Source: a virus. Taken from it: 45,220 nt of DNA. Positions 1 to 8,524 of this stretch are shown here, in pieces. Position 1 is the stretch's first letter. Each line of letters begins with the position of its first letter. The DNA lies in IMG/VR virus record IMGVR_UViG_3300010354_000006; one strand, given 5' to 3'. The position numbers and the translations under genes were made by a program. The notes beneath the pieces are model-generated. The model saw only the letters and a program-made list of their open reading frames with translations, was not told the DNA's origin and made no database searches.

Positions 1-123
1 AATTAAAAACAGTGCAATTAATTATTAATTTTGTCGTAGTAATAGCTATCCTAGCTGTAGCCGTAACAGTTGGGAGGTACTTGGGATGAGAGAATTAGAC
101 CGCCAAAAATGGCTTCCAGTGGA
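1..123. repeat. Terminal direct repeat; identical copy at 45098-45220, so unit genome is about 45,097 bp
   Basis: First 123 nt of the window are identical to the last 123 nt (read directly). Confidence 0.9.
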
Positions 124-283
124 ATCTAAGCAGGCTATAGAGCTTGTTCAGCTTGAACTACAAAAACAGGGAGTCCAATTTAAAAAACAAATAGGGCTTT
201 TAACAGTTATGTTGTTTGACTTAAGTAAGCCTTATTCGGATGGCTCTAAGTCTTACGATAGGATAATTTTTAGGAAAATTTAA
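86..283 (+). CDS. Hypothetical protein (65 aa); ATG overlaps stop of an upstream 34-aa membrane peptide ORF (ATGA)
   Basis: ORF track; start lies inside the terminal repeat. Confidence 0.4.
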   Translation: MRELDRQKWLPVESKQAIELVQLELQKQGVQFKKQIGLLTVMLFDLSKPYSDGSKSYDRIIFRKI

Positions 284-295
284 CGGGAAGGAAAA

Positions 296-625
296 ATGAA
301 AAAAACAATACTACTATCACTTTTACTTTTAGGTCAAGCTGCACTAGCAGACGTACCTAATCTGCAAATCGCCAGAGATGCTTTGAATATCCACAGAGAG
401 AATCAAAGATACGCAGAAGCTGAGTATCGCAGAGCTAAGAGAAACTACCTAGAGTCTAATAGGCTTTTATCTCAGTCTCAAAGGACTGTAGAGCTAATGG
501 AGAAACTAGAGGAACAGTCTAGATTAACAGCTCTTTCAAGCTCAGAATCGCATACTAGAATAGGGGCTACTTATTACCATGAGCCTAGACTTGCTGAGAC
601 TGGAATCAGGAGGATTGGGAGATGA
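296..625 (+). CDS. Secreted protein of unknown function with N-terminal signal peptide
   Basis: N-terminus MKKTILLSLLLLGQAALA is a typical signal peptide; GGAAGG-like RBS upstream. Confidence 0.5.
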   Translation: MKKTILLSLLLLGQAALADVPNLQIARDALNIHRENQRYAEAEYRRAKRNYLESNRLLSQSQRTVELMEKLEEQSRLTALSSSESHTRIGATYYHEPRLAETGIRRIGR

Positions 626-1098
626 TTGAACTAAATTGCAGTTACGAGGAATCTAAAAAAATTTTTGAACTGGGCTATGATTTTAGTAAAGTTTGCTGGA
701 AAAGCTTGTATGAGTATAGAGATCAATACAACTTAAACCAGACGTTTATTAGAATACACCTCCACGGAACAGGATTATCTTTAACATCTATCGAAGATGA
801 GATAAGTTACCGAATGAGCAAGTATAGGGTTGTTGGTTTAGTTATTCCAATCATCCCAAAAGCAGCTTTGGAGGCGTGCTTGCCCTTAAAGCTAGATGAT
901 TGCTACTGTATATCATTGCAAGAGCCTAAAATAATAAAAAAGTGCTTTTTTAGAAGTATGTATGAGGTTTATGTAAAATCTAAATATTATGACGATCAGT
1001 TATATTTAGATTTCAATAATGCCTATGAATTGTTCCTATGGCTACACGAAAACTACCCAGAAGAGCTTAAAAAAAGATTTGATGAGGTGATGGCATGA
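622..1098 (+). CDS. Hypothetical protein (158 aa)
   Basis: ORF track; start overlaps upstream stop. Confidence 0.5.
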   Translation: MIELNCSYEESKKIFELGYDFSKVCWKSLYEYRDQYNLNQTFIRIHLHGTGLSLTSIEDEISYRMSKYRVVGLVIPIIPKAALEACLPLKLDDCYCISLQEPKIIKKCFFRSMYEVYVKSKYYDDQLYLDFNNAYELFLWLHENYPEELKKRFDEVMA

Positions 1099-1541
1099 TT
1101 AACCAATCATTACTACTATTCATAATCAGCTTGGAAGGCTTCTCCTCTTGTGCTTATTGGGATGTGTCTCAGTGGTCTAATGGCTTTGGTACTAAGGCTA
1201 CCAATAAATGGGAATGTGTAAGCAAAACCGAGGCTAAAAGCCGCATGGTTAAACATTTAGAGCTTGATAGCAAGCATGTACTATCACTATTCCCAAGTGC
1301 CAAGCAGAATGAGCATGACGCACTTGTAAGTTATTGCTACAACGCAGGCAGACATGGCTGCACTAAAGCCGTTAAGCTTGCTGCTAATGGAAATAAGGAC
1401 GGTGCTAGCTGGGTAATGAGACAGAAAGTAAACAAAGGTCTAGCTTCTGAATCAGGACTTAAAAAAAGAAGACTTGCAGAAGTCGCTCTTTTAAATAAAG
1501 AAGATGAAAAGAAAAAATATATTTATCAGGAATATTCTTAA
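1095..1541 (+). CDS. GH24-family lysozyme (P22 gp19 / lambda-type endolysin-like)
   Basis: EGF...AYWD...G.G N-terminal catalytic region, NEHDALVSYCYNAG and C-terminal GLKKRRLAEVALL resemble GH24 lysozyme blocks. Confidence 0.65.
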   Translation: MINQSLLLFIISLEGFSSCAYWDVSQWSNGFGTKATNKWECVSKTEAKSRMVKHLELDSKHVLSLFPSAKQNEHDALVSYCYNAGRHGCTKAVKLAANGNKDGASWVMRQKVNKGLASESGLKKRRLAEVALLNKEDEKKKYIYQEYS

Positions 1542-1543
1542 CA

Positions 1544-1573
1544 TTGACATAACAGCATATGTTATAATATAAT
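1544..1573 (+). promoter_or_regulatory. Sigma70-like promoter: -35 TTGACA (1544-1549), 18-bp spacer, -10 TATAAT (1568-1573), just upstream of the Gam-ERF-SSB operon
   Basis: Consensus hexamers read directly; ATG at 1588 leaves a very short leader. Confidence 0.5.
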
Positions 1574-1587
1574 AAGGAAAGGAAATT

Positions 1588-2034
1588 ATGGAACAGGAAA
1601 AAGAAGCTTTTAAAATAGACGATATAAAAAGCCTTGAATGGTATTTAAGGAAAGTTAGGGAATACAATAGCCGCATTGAAACTATCAAGTCTCAATCAGA
1701 GGCAATGCTTAAGGAAACAGAAGCAAAGCTAGAAAATTTAAATAACAGATTTTCGGCAGAAGCAGAAGCCTTTGCCAGAAGTCAAATAGACTTTAGTAAG
1801 TCTAAGAACCTTAAGACTTTTCAGGGTACTGTTCAGTTTAAATCTTTAGCTCCAAGCATTAAGGTCTATGATAAGGCTTTAATACCTAAAGAGTTTTTTA
1901 AAGAGAAAATTAGCTTAGAGTTAGATAACTCTAAACTAAAAGAAGCCATACTCAAAGATGGTGAAAATATAGAAGGCGTGGAAGCAGTGCCAGCTTGTGA
2001 AAAAATGTACCTTCAATTTGGAGGAAAAGAATAA
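1588..2034 (+). CDS. Mu Gam-like host-nuclease inhibitor protein
   Basis: Resemblance to Mu Gam pattern (F.G.V.FK...P.I.V and C-terminal KEAIL block); sits directly upstream of ERF. Confidence 0.55.
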   Translation: MEQEKEAFKIDDIKSLEWYLRKVREYNSRIETIKSQSEAMLKETEAKLENLNNRFSAEAEAFARSQIDFSKSKNLKTFQGTVQFKSLAPSIKVYDKALIPKEFFKEKISLELDNSKLKEAILKDGENIEGVEAVPACEKMYLQFGGKE

Positions 2035-2036
2035 AC

Positions 2037-2480
2037 ATGCCTAGCATAACCGAAAGCCTGCATAAAATCCAAATGGAGTTAAGATCTCCAAGAAATTTAA
2101 AAAACAACTTTGCTAACTACTTGTATCGTAACGCAGAAAGTATTTTAGCCGCAGTTAAGCCACTTTTAAAGCAAGAGCAGTGCATTTTAACACTGCAAGA
2201 TGAAATGATTTTACTTGGTGATCGCTTTTATCTAAAATCAACGGCAACACTCTCAACTTTGGAAGGTCAAGAGATATCCAAATCAGCTTACGCTCGTGAG
2301 CCATTAAGCAAAAAAGGCTCAGATGAAGCACAGATCACTGGAGCTTGCTCTAGTTACGCCCGCAAGTATGCTTTGTGTGGACTCTTTGCTATTGATGATG
2401 GAGATAGCGACCCAGATTCACAAGAGCCAACGGCAGAAGCAAAGCCATCGGCAAAAATAAAACCAGTTGTAAATTTCTAA
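2037..2480 (+). CDS. erf: ERF-family single-strand annealing protein
   Basis: Blocks AVKPLLK, ILLGDRFYLKSTATL and EAQITGACSSYARKYALCGLFAIDD closely match the conserved N-terminal domain of P22 Erf as recalled. Confidence 0.8.
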   Translation: MPSITESLHKIQMELRSPRNLKNNFANYLYRNAESILAAVKPLLKQEQCILTLQDEMILLGDRFYLKSTATLSTLEGQEISKSAYAREPLSKKGSDEAQITGACSSYARKYALCGLFAIDDGDSDPDSQEPTAEAKPSAKIKPVVNF

Positions 2481-2498
2481 AAAGGAGAAAAACAAAAC

Positions 2499-3215
2499 AT
2501 GAAAGCAGCAGACATAGAAATAGTAATCACAAAACAAGCAGGTTCAGGTGACCTTTATGAAGGTTATCTTTTTTACAAAAAAATAGCCTTGCAGTCAGTT
2601 AAAGGCGAAAAAATAACTTTTGAAGATAAGCAGTCTAAAAAGCCTTCAACTTTTATTAATTTATTCATGGAAGGTAAACCCGTAGAAATAGAGGATTATA
2701 CTAACAGTAAAGGCGAAAAAGGGCAGCGACCTAAGCCAGATATTCAGCTTTGGGCTACAGTTTTTCAAAGTGGTTCAGTGCAGGTTAGAGGTGATTTTAT
2801 TTCTGATTTTGGTTTATTCTACCAAGTGGAAGGATACTTTTCACCTGAAAGAGAAAGTTTTACCGTAAGAGAAAGAATTTATGATAAAAAAAATGAGTAC
2901 GACAATAAAGCTCAATTCAATTTCATTGAAAAATATGCGGAGATAATAACAGATATTCCAGAAGTTGAATATTCTGAGGAAGATTTAGCTTTGTCTGTTG
3001 AGCTTTTCCCTGATGCAGCAGATTTTTACGAAAAATATGCAAGCATTAAGAAAGTTGCTGTCAAAGATTTAGTTAATGCTAATGCTCCTAGATTAATGCC
3101 TGGTGCAGCTAAAAAGAAAGCTCCTGTTACTCAAGGGCAGATTGATTTAGCTAAAGATAATTTAACTAAAGTTAAGGCTAAAAGAGTAGTAGAGACAGAG
3201 GAGATACCATTTTAA
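2499..3215 (+). CDS. Putative single-stranded DNA-binding protein (divergent)
   Basis: C-terminal acidic tail ending EEIPF is the SSB tail motif; position directly after ERF; OB fold not verifiable by eye. Confidence 0.4.
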   Translation: MKAADIEIVITKQAGSGDLYEGYLFYKKIALQSVKGEKITFEDKQSKKPSTFINLFMEGKPVEIEDYTNSKGEKGQRPKPDIQLWATVFQSGSVQVRGDFISDFGLFYQVEGYFSPERESFTVRERIYDKKNEYDNKAQFNFIEKYAEIITDIPEVEYSEEDLALSVELFPDAADFYEKYASIKKVAVKDLVNANAPRLMPGAAKKKAPVTQGQIDLAKDNLTKVKAKRVVETEEIPF

Positions 3216-3505
3216 TGAAATTAAATAATGATATACGCTGTTTAATTGAGACTTTAGTAAATAGAGTCATGGATTTCAACGAAAACTCAAAAGTCGAAAA
3301 AGCAGTAATTCACATTACCGAAAAAGGGATATACCTATTTTTTGATTTTGACCATTGGGTGGATAATTCAGGAATTTGGGGAACTACAGAGAAACAACTA
3401 GCCGAGATGATTTCTTGGCTAGAGGACAAAATAGCTTTATCCCAGAAGGACGAAGTAGACCCTAAAGCCGAGGCTCAAAGAGAGCTAGATAAGGAGCAGA
3501 TATGA
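3215..3505 (+). CDS. Hypothetical protein (96 aa), acidic C-terminus
   Basis: ORF track; ATGA overlap with upstream gene. Confidence 0.45.
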   Translation: MKLNNDIRCLIETLVNRVMDFNENSKVEKAVIHITEKGIYLFFDFDHWVDNSGIWGTTEKQLAEMISWLEDKIALSQKDEVDPKAEAQRELDKEQI

Positions 3506-3795
3506 AAAAAGTAAGAAAAGTTAATCTAGAAATCGGCTCAATAGAAAAGTATCAAAAAAACAATAAGCTACCTGATAATTTTTTGACGATTTTAATTGCT
3601 AGGTACAAAGCAGGAGAAATTAAACCTGTATACAAAAAAATTGAAAAACAAAACAGGAAGACTCACGGACTAACAGCTACTAACGATGAATGGTGTTTTC
3701 TAAAAATGGAAGCTCTTAGAAAAGGGGTTAAAATTGGGGGAGAGGGAGCTGCTGGAATCATTAGGGCTTTAATTAATGGGGATGCAATCGAATGA
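3502..3795 (+). CDS. Hypothetical protein (97 aa)
   Basis: ORF track; overlapping start/stop. Confidence 0.45.
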   Translation: MKKVRKVNLEIGSIEKYQKNNKLPDNFLTILIARYKAGEIKPVYKKIEKQNRKTHGLTATNDEWCFLKMEALRKGVKIGGEGAAGIIRALINGDAIE

Positions 3796-4004
3796 TAAAC
3801 AACGAAAAACAAGACATCATAGAATCGCTTAAATTGGTTCAAGCTATTAGCCTGAAAGCCGCATTAGATGGCGATTATAGAATAGTAGCGGGGATGGAAG
3901 TAATTAAAAATTGCTTGTATGAGTTGGGGTGCATTTTTGAAATTGAGGAAGTTGTAAACCGAAAATTAGCAATCGACAAGCTGGAGAGATGTTTTAAATT
4001 ATGA
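3792..4004 (+). CDS. Hypothetical protein (70 aa)
   Basis: ORF track; overlapping start/stop. Confidence 0.4.
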   Translation: MINNEKQDIIESLKLVQAISLKAALDGDYRIVAGMEVIKNCLYELGCIFEIEEVVNRKLAIDKLERCFKL

Positions 4005-4861
4005 AAAAAATAACAATACTAACTAGCTTACTTGCAGTAGGGCTTAATCAAGCTCAAGCTGCCGTATATCATTGGGACAATGGAAAGAATGCTTACTGGG
4101 CAGGCACTAAGCCAGTGCAGCTAGTGATTGATACTGAATACCCGCAAGAAGTCATCGACAGAGTTTTTGAAATTTTAGAGCCTTATCCGATTGTTTTAAA
4201 AGAAAGGAAAAATATTGATTTAGCTTACGTTCCTGCTGTCAATGAAATAGCCGTAGCTTACGCCAGTATTTACAACAACACAGGAGCTTCTTTTGTAAAC
4301 CCTGCTTACAGATTACCAGATGGAGGGCTTAATCGTGGCTTATGTGCCACTGGTACTGCTTCTAGCGTAGAGCGTTTAGCGTGGATCATTACTCACGAGA
4401 TATTTCACTCTATCGGGATAGATCACATTCAACCTTTTAGGGTAGGTGAAGGTTTAGCAAAACCAAGAGGCTTAATGACAAGTTTTAAACCAAACTTAGG
4501 CTTTCAGCATGACGATTTAAGGGCTTTATCTGAGACTTTAAAAGAAGAGTTTTTAGACGATACTGTAACCGTAAGTGGTACTATCACTCCATTAAAAGGC
4601 ATGGTACTAAACTTTGTTAATGTAGATAGTCCAAAAGACTCAGCTCAAATCGTACCTAGCTATTTTTTTGAAAACAAAACAGAGTATGAGATCAAGAGGC
4701 TAAAGAAAGGCAGGTACTACATAAATGTTACGCCCGTTAAAGGCAGAGCTGGGATTTTAAACTCATTTTCTAAGCCATCTACATACTCTAAGATTAGATA
4801 TTTTAGGGGAAAGAGAATAATAAACATTGATAAAGATAGGGTTTTAAACTTAGAGTTTTAA
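4001..4861 (+). CDS. Secreted metzincin-like zinc metalloprotease
   Basis: Signal peptide MKKITILTSLLAVGLNQAQA and exact HEXXHXXGXXH motif (HEIFHSIGIDH), with a possible Met-turn (GLMTSF) downstream. Confidence 0.6.
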   Translation: MKKITILTSLLAVGLNQAQAAVYHWDNGKNAYWAGTKPVQLVIDTEYPQEVIDRVFEILEPYPIVLKERKNIDLAYVPAVNEIAVAYASIYNNTGASFVNPAYRLPDGGLNRGLCATGTASSVERLAWIITHEIFHSIGIDHIQPFRVGEGLAKPRGLMTSFKPNLGFQHDDLRALSETLKEEFLDDTVTVSGTITPLKGMVLNFVNVDSPKDSAQIVPSYFFENKTEYEIKRLKKGRYYINVTPVKGRAGILNSFSKPSTYSKIRYFRGKRIINIDKDRVLNLEF

Positions 4862-4873
4862 TCAGAGGATTGA

Positions 4874-5053
4874 ATGAAATATAGAGTAGAGATAGACGGA
4901 TACACCAAAACAACTCAATATGCAATTGTCGAAGCAAAATCAAAAGAAGAAGCTATAACTATTTTCAATAAGGGCAAGTTAAATTATGAGTATGATTTTG
5001 AAGATTTTGAGATAGCACAACAAGCTGAACCAATCGCTAGCGAGGAAGAATAA
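4874..5053 (+). CDS. Small hypothetical protein (59 aa), below the ORF-track cutoff
   Basis: ATG at 4874 preceded by GAGGA RBS; stop overlaps next ATG. Confidence 0.3.
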   Translation: MKYRVEIDGYTKTTQYAIVEAKSKEEAITIFNKGKLNYEYDFEDFEIAQQAEPIASEEE

Positions 5054-5280
5054 TGACAGAAGATTTAATTGTGGGTAACTTCTACACATTTAAAAAACAG
5101 CAATTAGTTTACGCAGGCTACCAGAAAGACCCTTATTTTAACAACGATTGGTATAAATTCACAATCGCTAAGCCTATTGAGCTACCAGAACCTTTAGGCA
5201 GTTTAACCGAGATTATTTTGTGGAACAACGAGATAGAAGAATTAAGAAAACCAAATGAAAAAACCAAAGCCACCGATTAG
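5053..5280 (+). CDS. Hypothetical protein (75 aa)
   Basis: ORF track. Confidence 0.4.
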   Translation: MTEDLIVGNFYTFKKQQLVYAGYQKDPYFNNDWYKFTIAKPIELPEPLGSLTEIILWNNEIEELRKPNEKTKATD

Positions 5281-5449
5281 AACTTTAGTTCTTCAAACAG
5301 AAGAAGAATTAAACAAGATCAAGAAAATGTATCCTGAATCTGATTTTGTTAGGTGCATTAAATGGATAGAATTAAGGCTACCAGAGAAGGCTTCTTTAAT
5401 AATTAATGGTAAAAATTATCACCGCTTTAGATTGGAGAGCAAAAAATGA
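5255..5449 (+). CDS. Hypothetical protein (64 aa)
   Basis: ORF track; start uncertain. Confidence 0.35.
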   Translation: MKKPKPPIRTLVLQTEEELNKIKKMYPESDFVRCIKWIELRLPEKASLIINGKNYHRFRLESKK

Positions 5450-5799
5450 AAATTACATACCCAGATTACATCCCAAATTGGAGCGGCTCAAGAGGCAGAG
5501 CATACCCCTCACCAGAAGACATCGCAAGAACGAATCCGCAAGCTAAAGGCTTAAGTGATAAGCAAAGAAAACTTTTACAAAGGCATCATATTGATTTAGA
5601 CCGCATGAACGCAGACCCTAAAAACATACACCTGCTTGACCCTGCGACTCACGAAGCAGTACACCGCCAAGAAAGAGCTTTATCTTCTGCTTTAATTAAA
5701 GCTGGAATTGTCAAGTACGATAAGCAAAATCCACATTATTACATCGCACATCCTCAAGTGAGAAAAATTTTAGAAAAAATGTTTGTGGGGGGTAAATGA
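5446..5799 (+). CDS. Hypothetical protein with HNH-like His/Asn motif (possible nuclease)
   Basis: RHHIDLDRMNADPKNIHLLDPATHEAVH has HH...N...H...H spacing; no Cys zinc ligands, weak call. Confidence 0.35.
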   Translation: MKITYPDYIPNWSGSRGRAYPSPEDIARTNPQAKGLSDKQRKLLQRHHIDLDRMNADPKNIHLLDPATHEAVHRQERALSSALIKAGIVKYDKQNPHYYIAHPQVRKILEKMFVGGK

Positions 5800-6365
5800 T
5801 AATTGTAGGAATCGACCCAGGGATAAAAGGTGGAATAGCTATTATAAATAGCGAATCCCCGAACACGCCAGCAGTTTACCCTATGCCTATTAGGCAAGAA
5901 GAAACTAAAACAAAAAAGAAAGTTAAAGCCTTAACAAAAAAAGAAAAGCTCGCTAAAAAACAAGGTAAAACCATTTATAAAACTAAAAATATCATAGACT
6001 CTAAAGCTTTTTTTGACATCTTGTATGAAGTCATCATGACAACTAGAGATATTGATTTAGTTTTAATCGAGAAACCTTTTTATCTTGGCATAGAATCTAG
6101 GACTTCTACTGCTACTACTGCTGAAAATTACGGACGATTAAGGGGAATCATGGAGTCATGCAAGTTAGATGTTAAAACAGTTAGGCCGCAAGAATGGAAA
6201 AATTACTTCGATTTGCCTGCTGATAAAGGGGAAGCAATAGCTAAGGCTAAAGAGCTATTCCCCTTAGTGAATTTAAAAGCTTCTAATAGGTCAAGAACAG
6301 ACTCAGACGGCATGGCAGAAGCTTTGCTAATAGCAGAATATGGGAGAATTAAAAATGCTAATTGA
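5796..6365 (+). CDS. RuvC-like Holliday junction resolvase
   Basis: N-terminal IIVGIDPGIKGGIAII (RuvC GIDPG block), IEKPF acidic residue, C-terminal DSDGMAEALLIAEYG resembling the RuvC DAADALAIA catalytic block. Confidence 0.7.
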   Translation: MIIVGIDPGIKGGIAIINSESPNTPAVYPMPIRQEETKTKKKVKALTKKEKLAKKQGKTIYKTKNIIDSKAFFDILYEVIMTTRDIDLVLIEKPFYLGIESRTSTATTAENYGRLRGIMESCKLDVKTVRPQEWKNYFDLPADKGEAIAKAKELFPLVNLKASNRSRTDSDGMAEALLIAEYGRIKNAN

Positions 6366-6588
6366 AAAACTTAAAGAAAAACTAAAAGAAATCACAGAGC
6401 CAAGCCTAAAGCTTAATGCTATTAAGGCTTACCTAAGTAGCCACCTAGAAAGCTTTGTAGAAGCCATGATAACCACAGGCTCTAGCGACCACATGAAAAA
6501 GATTGATGAGACTTATAAATATAACTCTAATGGCTATCAGTTTGAGATTAGCATTAAGTTTGAAAAGGATATAGGGTTTAAGAAATGA
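6340..6588 (+). CDS. Hypothetical protein; more likely start at ATG 6355 (GGGAG RBS)
   Basis: ORF track; coiled-coil-like N-terminus. Confidence 0.4.
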   Translation: MGELKMLIEKLKEKLKEITEPSLKLNAIKAYLSSHLESFVEAMITTGSSDHMKKIDETYKYNSNGYQFEISIKFEKDIGFKK

Positions 6589-6624
6589 GATTTTTAATTA
6601 ACTTTTTAAAAGCACTTGGAGTTT
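6584..6624. repeat. 41-bp direct repeat, copy 1 (encodes a truncated 13-aa MRFLINFLKALGV peptide)
   Basis: Matches 6889-6929 with 2 mismatches. Confidence 0.8.
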
Positions 6625-6629
6625 AAAGA

Positions 6630-6893
6630 ATGAGTACAATAGCGAATCTAGAAATATATTTTAGAAATTACAAAGATTGCATTTCCCCATATTTTTGCGA
6701 TAAGGATGAAATTTTATTTATTTGCAAAAAAGAAATTAAAAAAAGAAAGAGGGGTAGCGATGAACCTTTTAAAACTATTTTTATCGGTGGTACAGTGGGA
6801 GAAACTAAAGCTTTCATCGATGGCGTACTTAAGGCTCATTGGTACATAGACAAGTTACTTCAAAGCAAATTAGGCGAGGTCAGGGGAGAATGA
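6630..6893 (+). CDS. Hypothetical protein (87 aa) flanked by the 41-bp repeats
   Basis: ORF track; flanking duplicated junction. Confidence 0.4.
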   Translation: MSTIANLEIYFRNYKDCISPYFCDKDEILFICKKEIKKRKRGSDEPFKTIFIGGTVGETKAFIDGVLKAHWYIDKLLQSKLGEVRGE

Positions 6894-6929
6894 GATTTTT
6901 AATTAACTTCTTAAAAGCACTTGGGGTTT
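6889..6929. repeat. 41-bp direct repeat, copy 2 (start of the intact membrane protein gene)
   Basis: Matches 6584-6624 with 2 mismatches. Confidence 0.8.
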
Positions 6930-7090
6930 TTCTTGGCTATGGATTAGGCAGTTATTTAGTTTTTGAGCTTTTAAAGACTTACGCCGCTTCATTTATACCT
7001 TATTTAATTTGGGTATTTTTCTGGCTTTTGGTTGTTTCTATTTGTGCTTTATGTGCTTCTTGGGCTTGCCACATGGAGAGGACGAAATGA
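6890..7090 (+). CDS. Small membrane protein, holin-like candidate (66 aa)
   Basis: Start moved to in-frame ATG 6890 (track ORF began 6839); two hydrophobic segments. Confidence 0.4.
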   Translation: MRFLINFLKALGVFLGYGLGSYLVFELLKTYAASFIPYLIWVFFWLLVVSICALCASWACHMERTK

Positions 7091-7239
7091 GTAAAGAACT
7101 TGTACTGCAAACTATAGCTATGTTTTTATTGTCATGGCTTTACTGCTATGCTCTTTCAAAAGAAACTTGGCTTAGTGTGATTACTGCCGCTCTGATGGCG
7201 ATTCTTTCTGTTATCAGCTATTACTTTAAAAAAAAGTAG
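7087..7239 (+). CDS. Small membrane protein (50 aa)
   Basis: ATG 7087 after GGAGAGGA RBS (track ORF began 7009); hydrophobic helix. Confidence 0.35.
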   Translation: MSKELVLQTIAMFLLSWLYCYALSKETWLSVITAALMAILSVISYYFKKK

Positions 7240-7422
7240 TATATAATTTTTGTATGAAAGTTAGATCAAAACCAGCACCTAAAAAAACTATGCCAGCTCC
7301 AAAGACTGGTAAAAAATGTAAATAATGGCTTTTTTTGCTAGGAGAAAATGTCAGCAGTGAACTTTTTAAATCGACTATGGGCTTTTATTGAATCTCTTTT
7401 AGAAGCCTTAGAGGAACTTTAA

Positions 7423-7824
7423 ATGCTAGAATTTAGTGAATTTGATTTTAAAAAAGACTTAGAGCCTAATTTTTCGCAAGTCAAATTAACAATGCGTGTA
7501 ACAAAACCGTATCACGTTAAAGTAATTAAACCAAAACATAAGCTTGATGGGGTAACTGCCACAGTACCCGAAGGTTATCTGACTGATGGAATGAGCATAC
7601 CTAAATGGTTACAGCCTGCTATCGGTGAACCCTTTGAAGGCAATACTTTAAGAGCTGCTTTATTTCACGATGCCTTATGCTGCTATCAAATTAAAAGCCA
7701 AAAAATTACACATGGCTTATTTGAATTGATTTTAAAAGAAGATGGCTTCCCTTTTTGGAAACGTAAAGCTGCTTACCTTGCAGTTGTTAGCTGGAACAGG
7801 TTAAAAAATCCCAAATGGAAATAA
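7423..7824 (+). CDS. DUF1353-like protein
   Basis: VPEGYLTDGMSIP ... AALFHDALC resembles the DUF1353 signature (GF.TDG.SIP ... HD). Confidence 0.45.
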   Translation: MLEFSEFDFKKDLEPNFSQVKLTMRVTKPYHVKVIKPKHKLDGVTATVPEGYLTDGMSIPKWLQPAIGEPFEGNTLRAALFHDALCCYQIKSQKITHGLFELILKEDGFPFWKRKAAYLAVVSWNRLKNPKWK

Positions 7825-7926
7825 TGTCATCGCCCTGCATGGTCTCTAAAAACCATATTCTTGACACCAGTAATATGGTTAAAACTTAATCAGCGATTGG
7901 GTTATGTTGTCGGTATGTCGTTGGAA

Positions 7927-7956
7927 TGTCCAGTTTTTAACGTGATAAACTGGACA
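7927..7956 (+). other. Perfect 10-bp stem hairpin (TGTCCAGTTT / AAACTGGACA, 10-nt loop) in a 236-bp ORF-free region
   Basis: Inverted repeat read directly; no T-run after it. Confidence 0.5.
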
Positions 7957-8060
7957 TAATCAAATAACAGTCAAATAAGCAAACGTTCTTCCCAAAACGG
8001 GGATTCCCGTTTCGGGAATAACTAACCCCTACCAAATCAAATAAGAGGTAAAATGTAAGC

Positions 8061-8477
8061 ATGACGATTTTAAACCGCCAATTAACACCTAACATAAGCC
8101 TCTATGAGCTTCTTTACACCCCAACTGTAAACAAAGCTGAAATAGCCCCGCTCATTGAGCAGGCTTGGAGTATTGAGGTAGATAGAAACTTAACTAAACT
8201 TGCTACTGCTTTGCAGATCATTAGAGATTATTTTGGTAAACCTTTAATCATCACGAGTGGCTTTAGACCTGTAACTTGGGAATTAAAAAGAAATAGAAGC
8301 GGTAAATCCCAACATACTAGCGGACTAGCTGCTGATTTTAGGGTCTCAGGCGTGCCACTTTCAGAAGTCTATGCTTTTGTTAATGCGACTTTTAAAAAAG
8401 GTGGTAGAGCTATAAACCCTGTAGCAAATTTTATTCACTTAGATTTAAGACCAGAATATGCCACTTGGACTTATTAA
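8061..8477 (+). CDS. Peptidase M15 family (LAS-type zinc peptidase), endolysin-like
   Basis: SGFRP, SQHTSGLAADF and FIHLD blocks give the H..D...H zinc-ligand pattern of M15 peptidases. Confidence 0.6.
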   Translation: MTILNRQLTPNISLYELLYTPTVNKAEIAPLIEQAWSIEVDRNLTKLATALQIIRDYFGKPLIITSGFRPVTWELKRNRSGKSQHTSGLAADFRVSGVPLSEVYAFVNATFKKGGRAINPVANFIHLDLRPEYATWTY

Positions 8478-8524
8478 CCAAACTTTAAACTCAATAAGGT
8501 AAAAGAAAAGAGTACAACTTAATC

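Noticed and set aside
7861-7889. TTGACA at 7861-7866 as the -35 of a promoter for the peptidase gene
   Set aside because: No acceptable -10 hexamer lies 16-18 bp downstream
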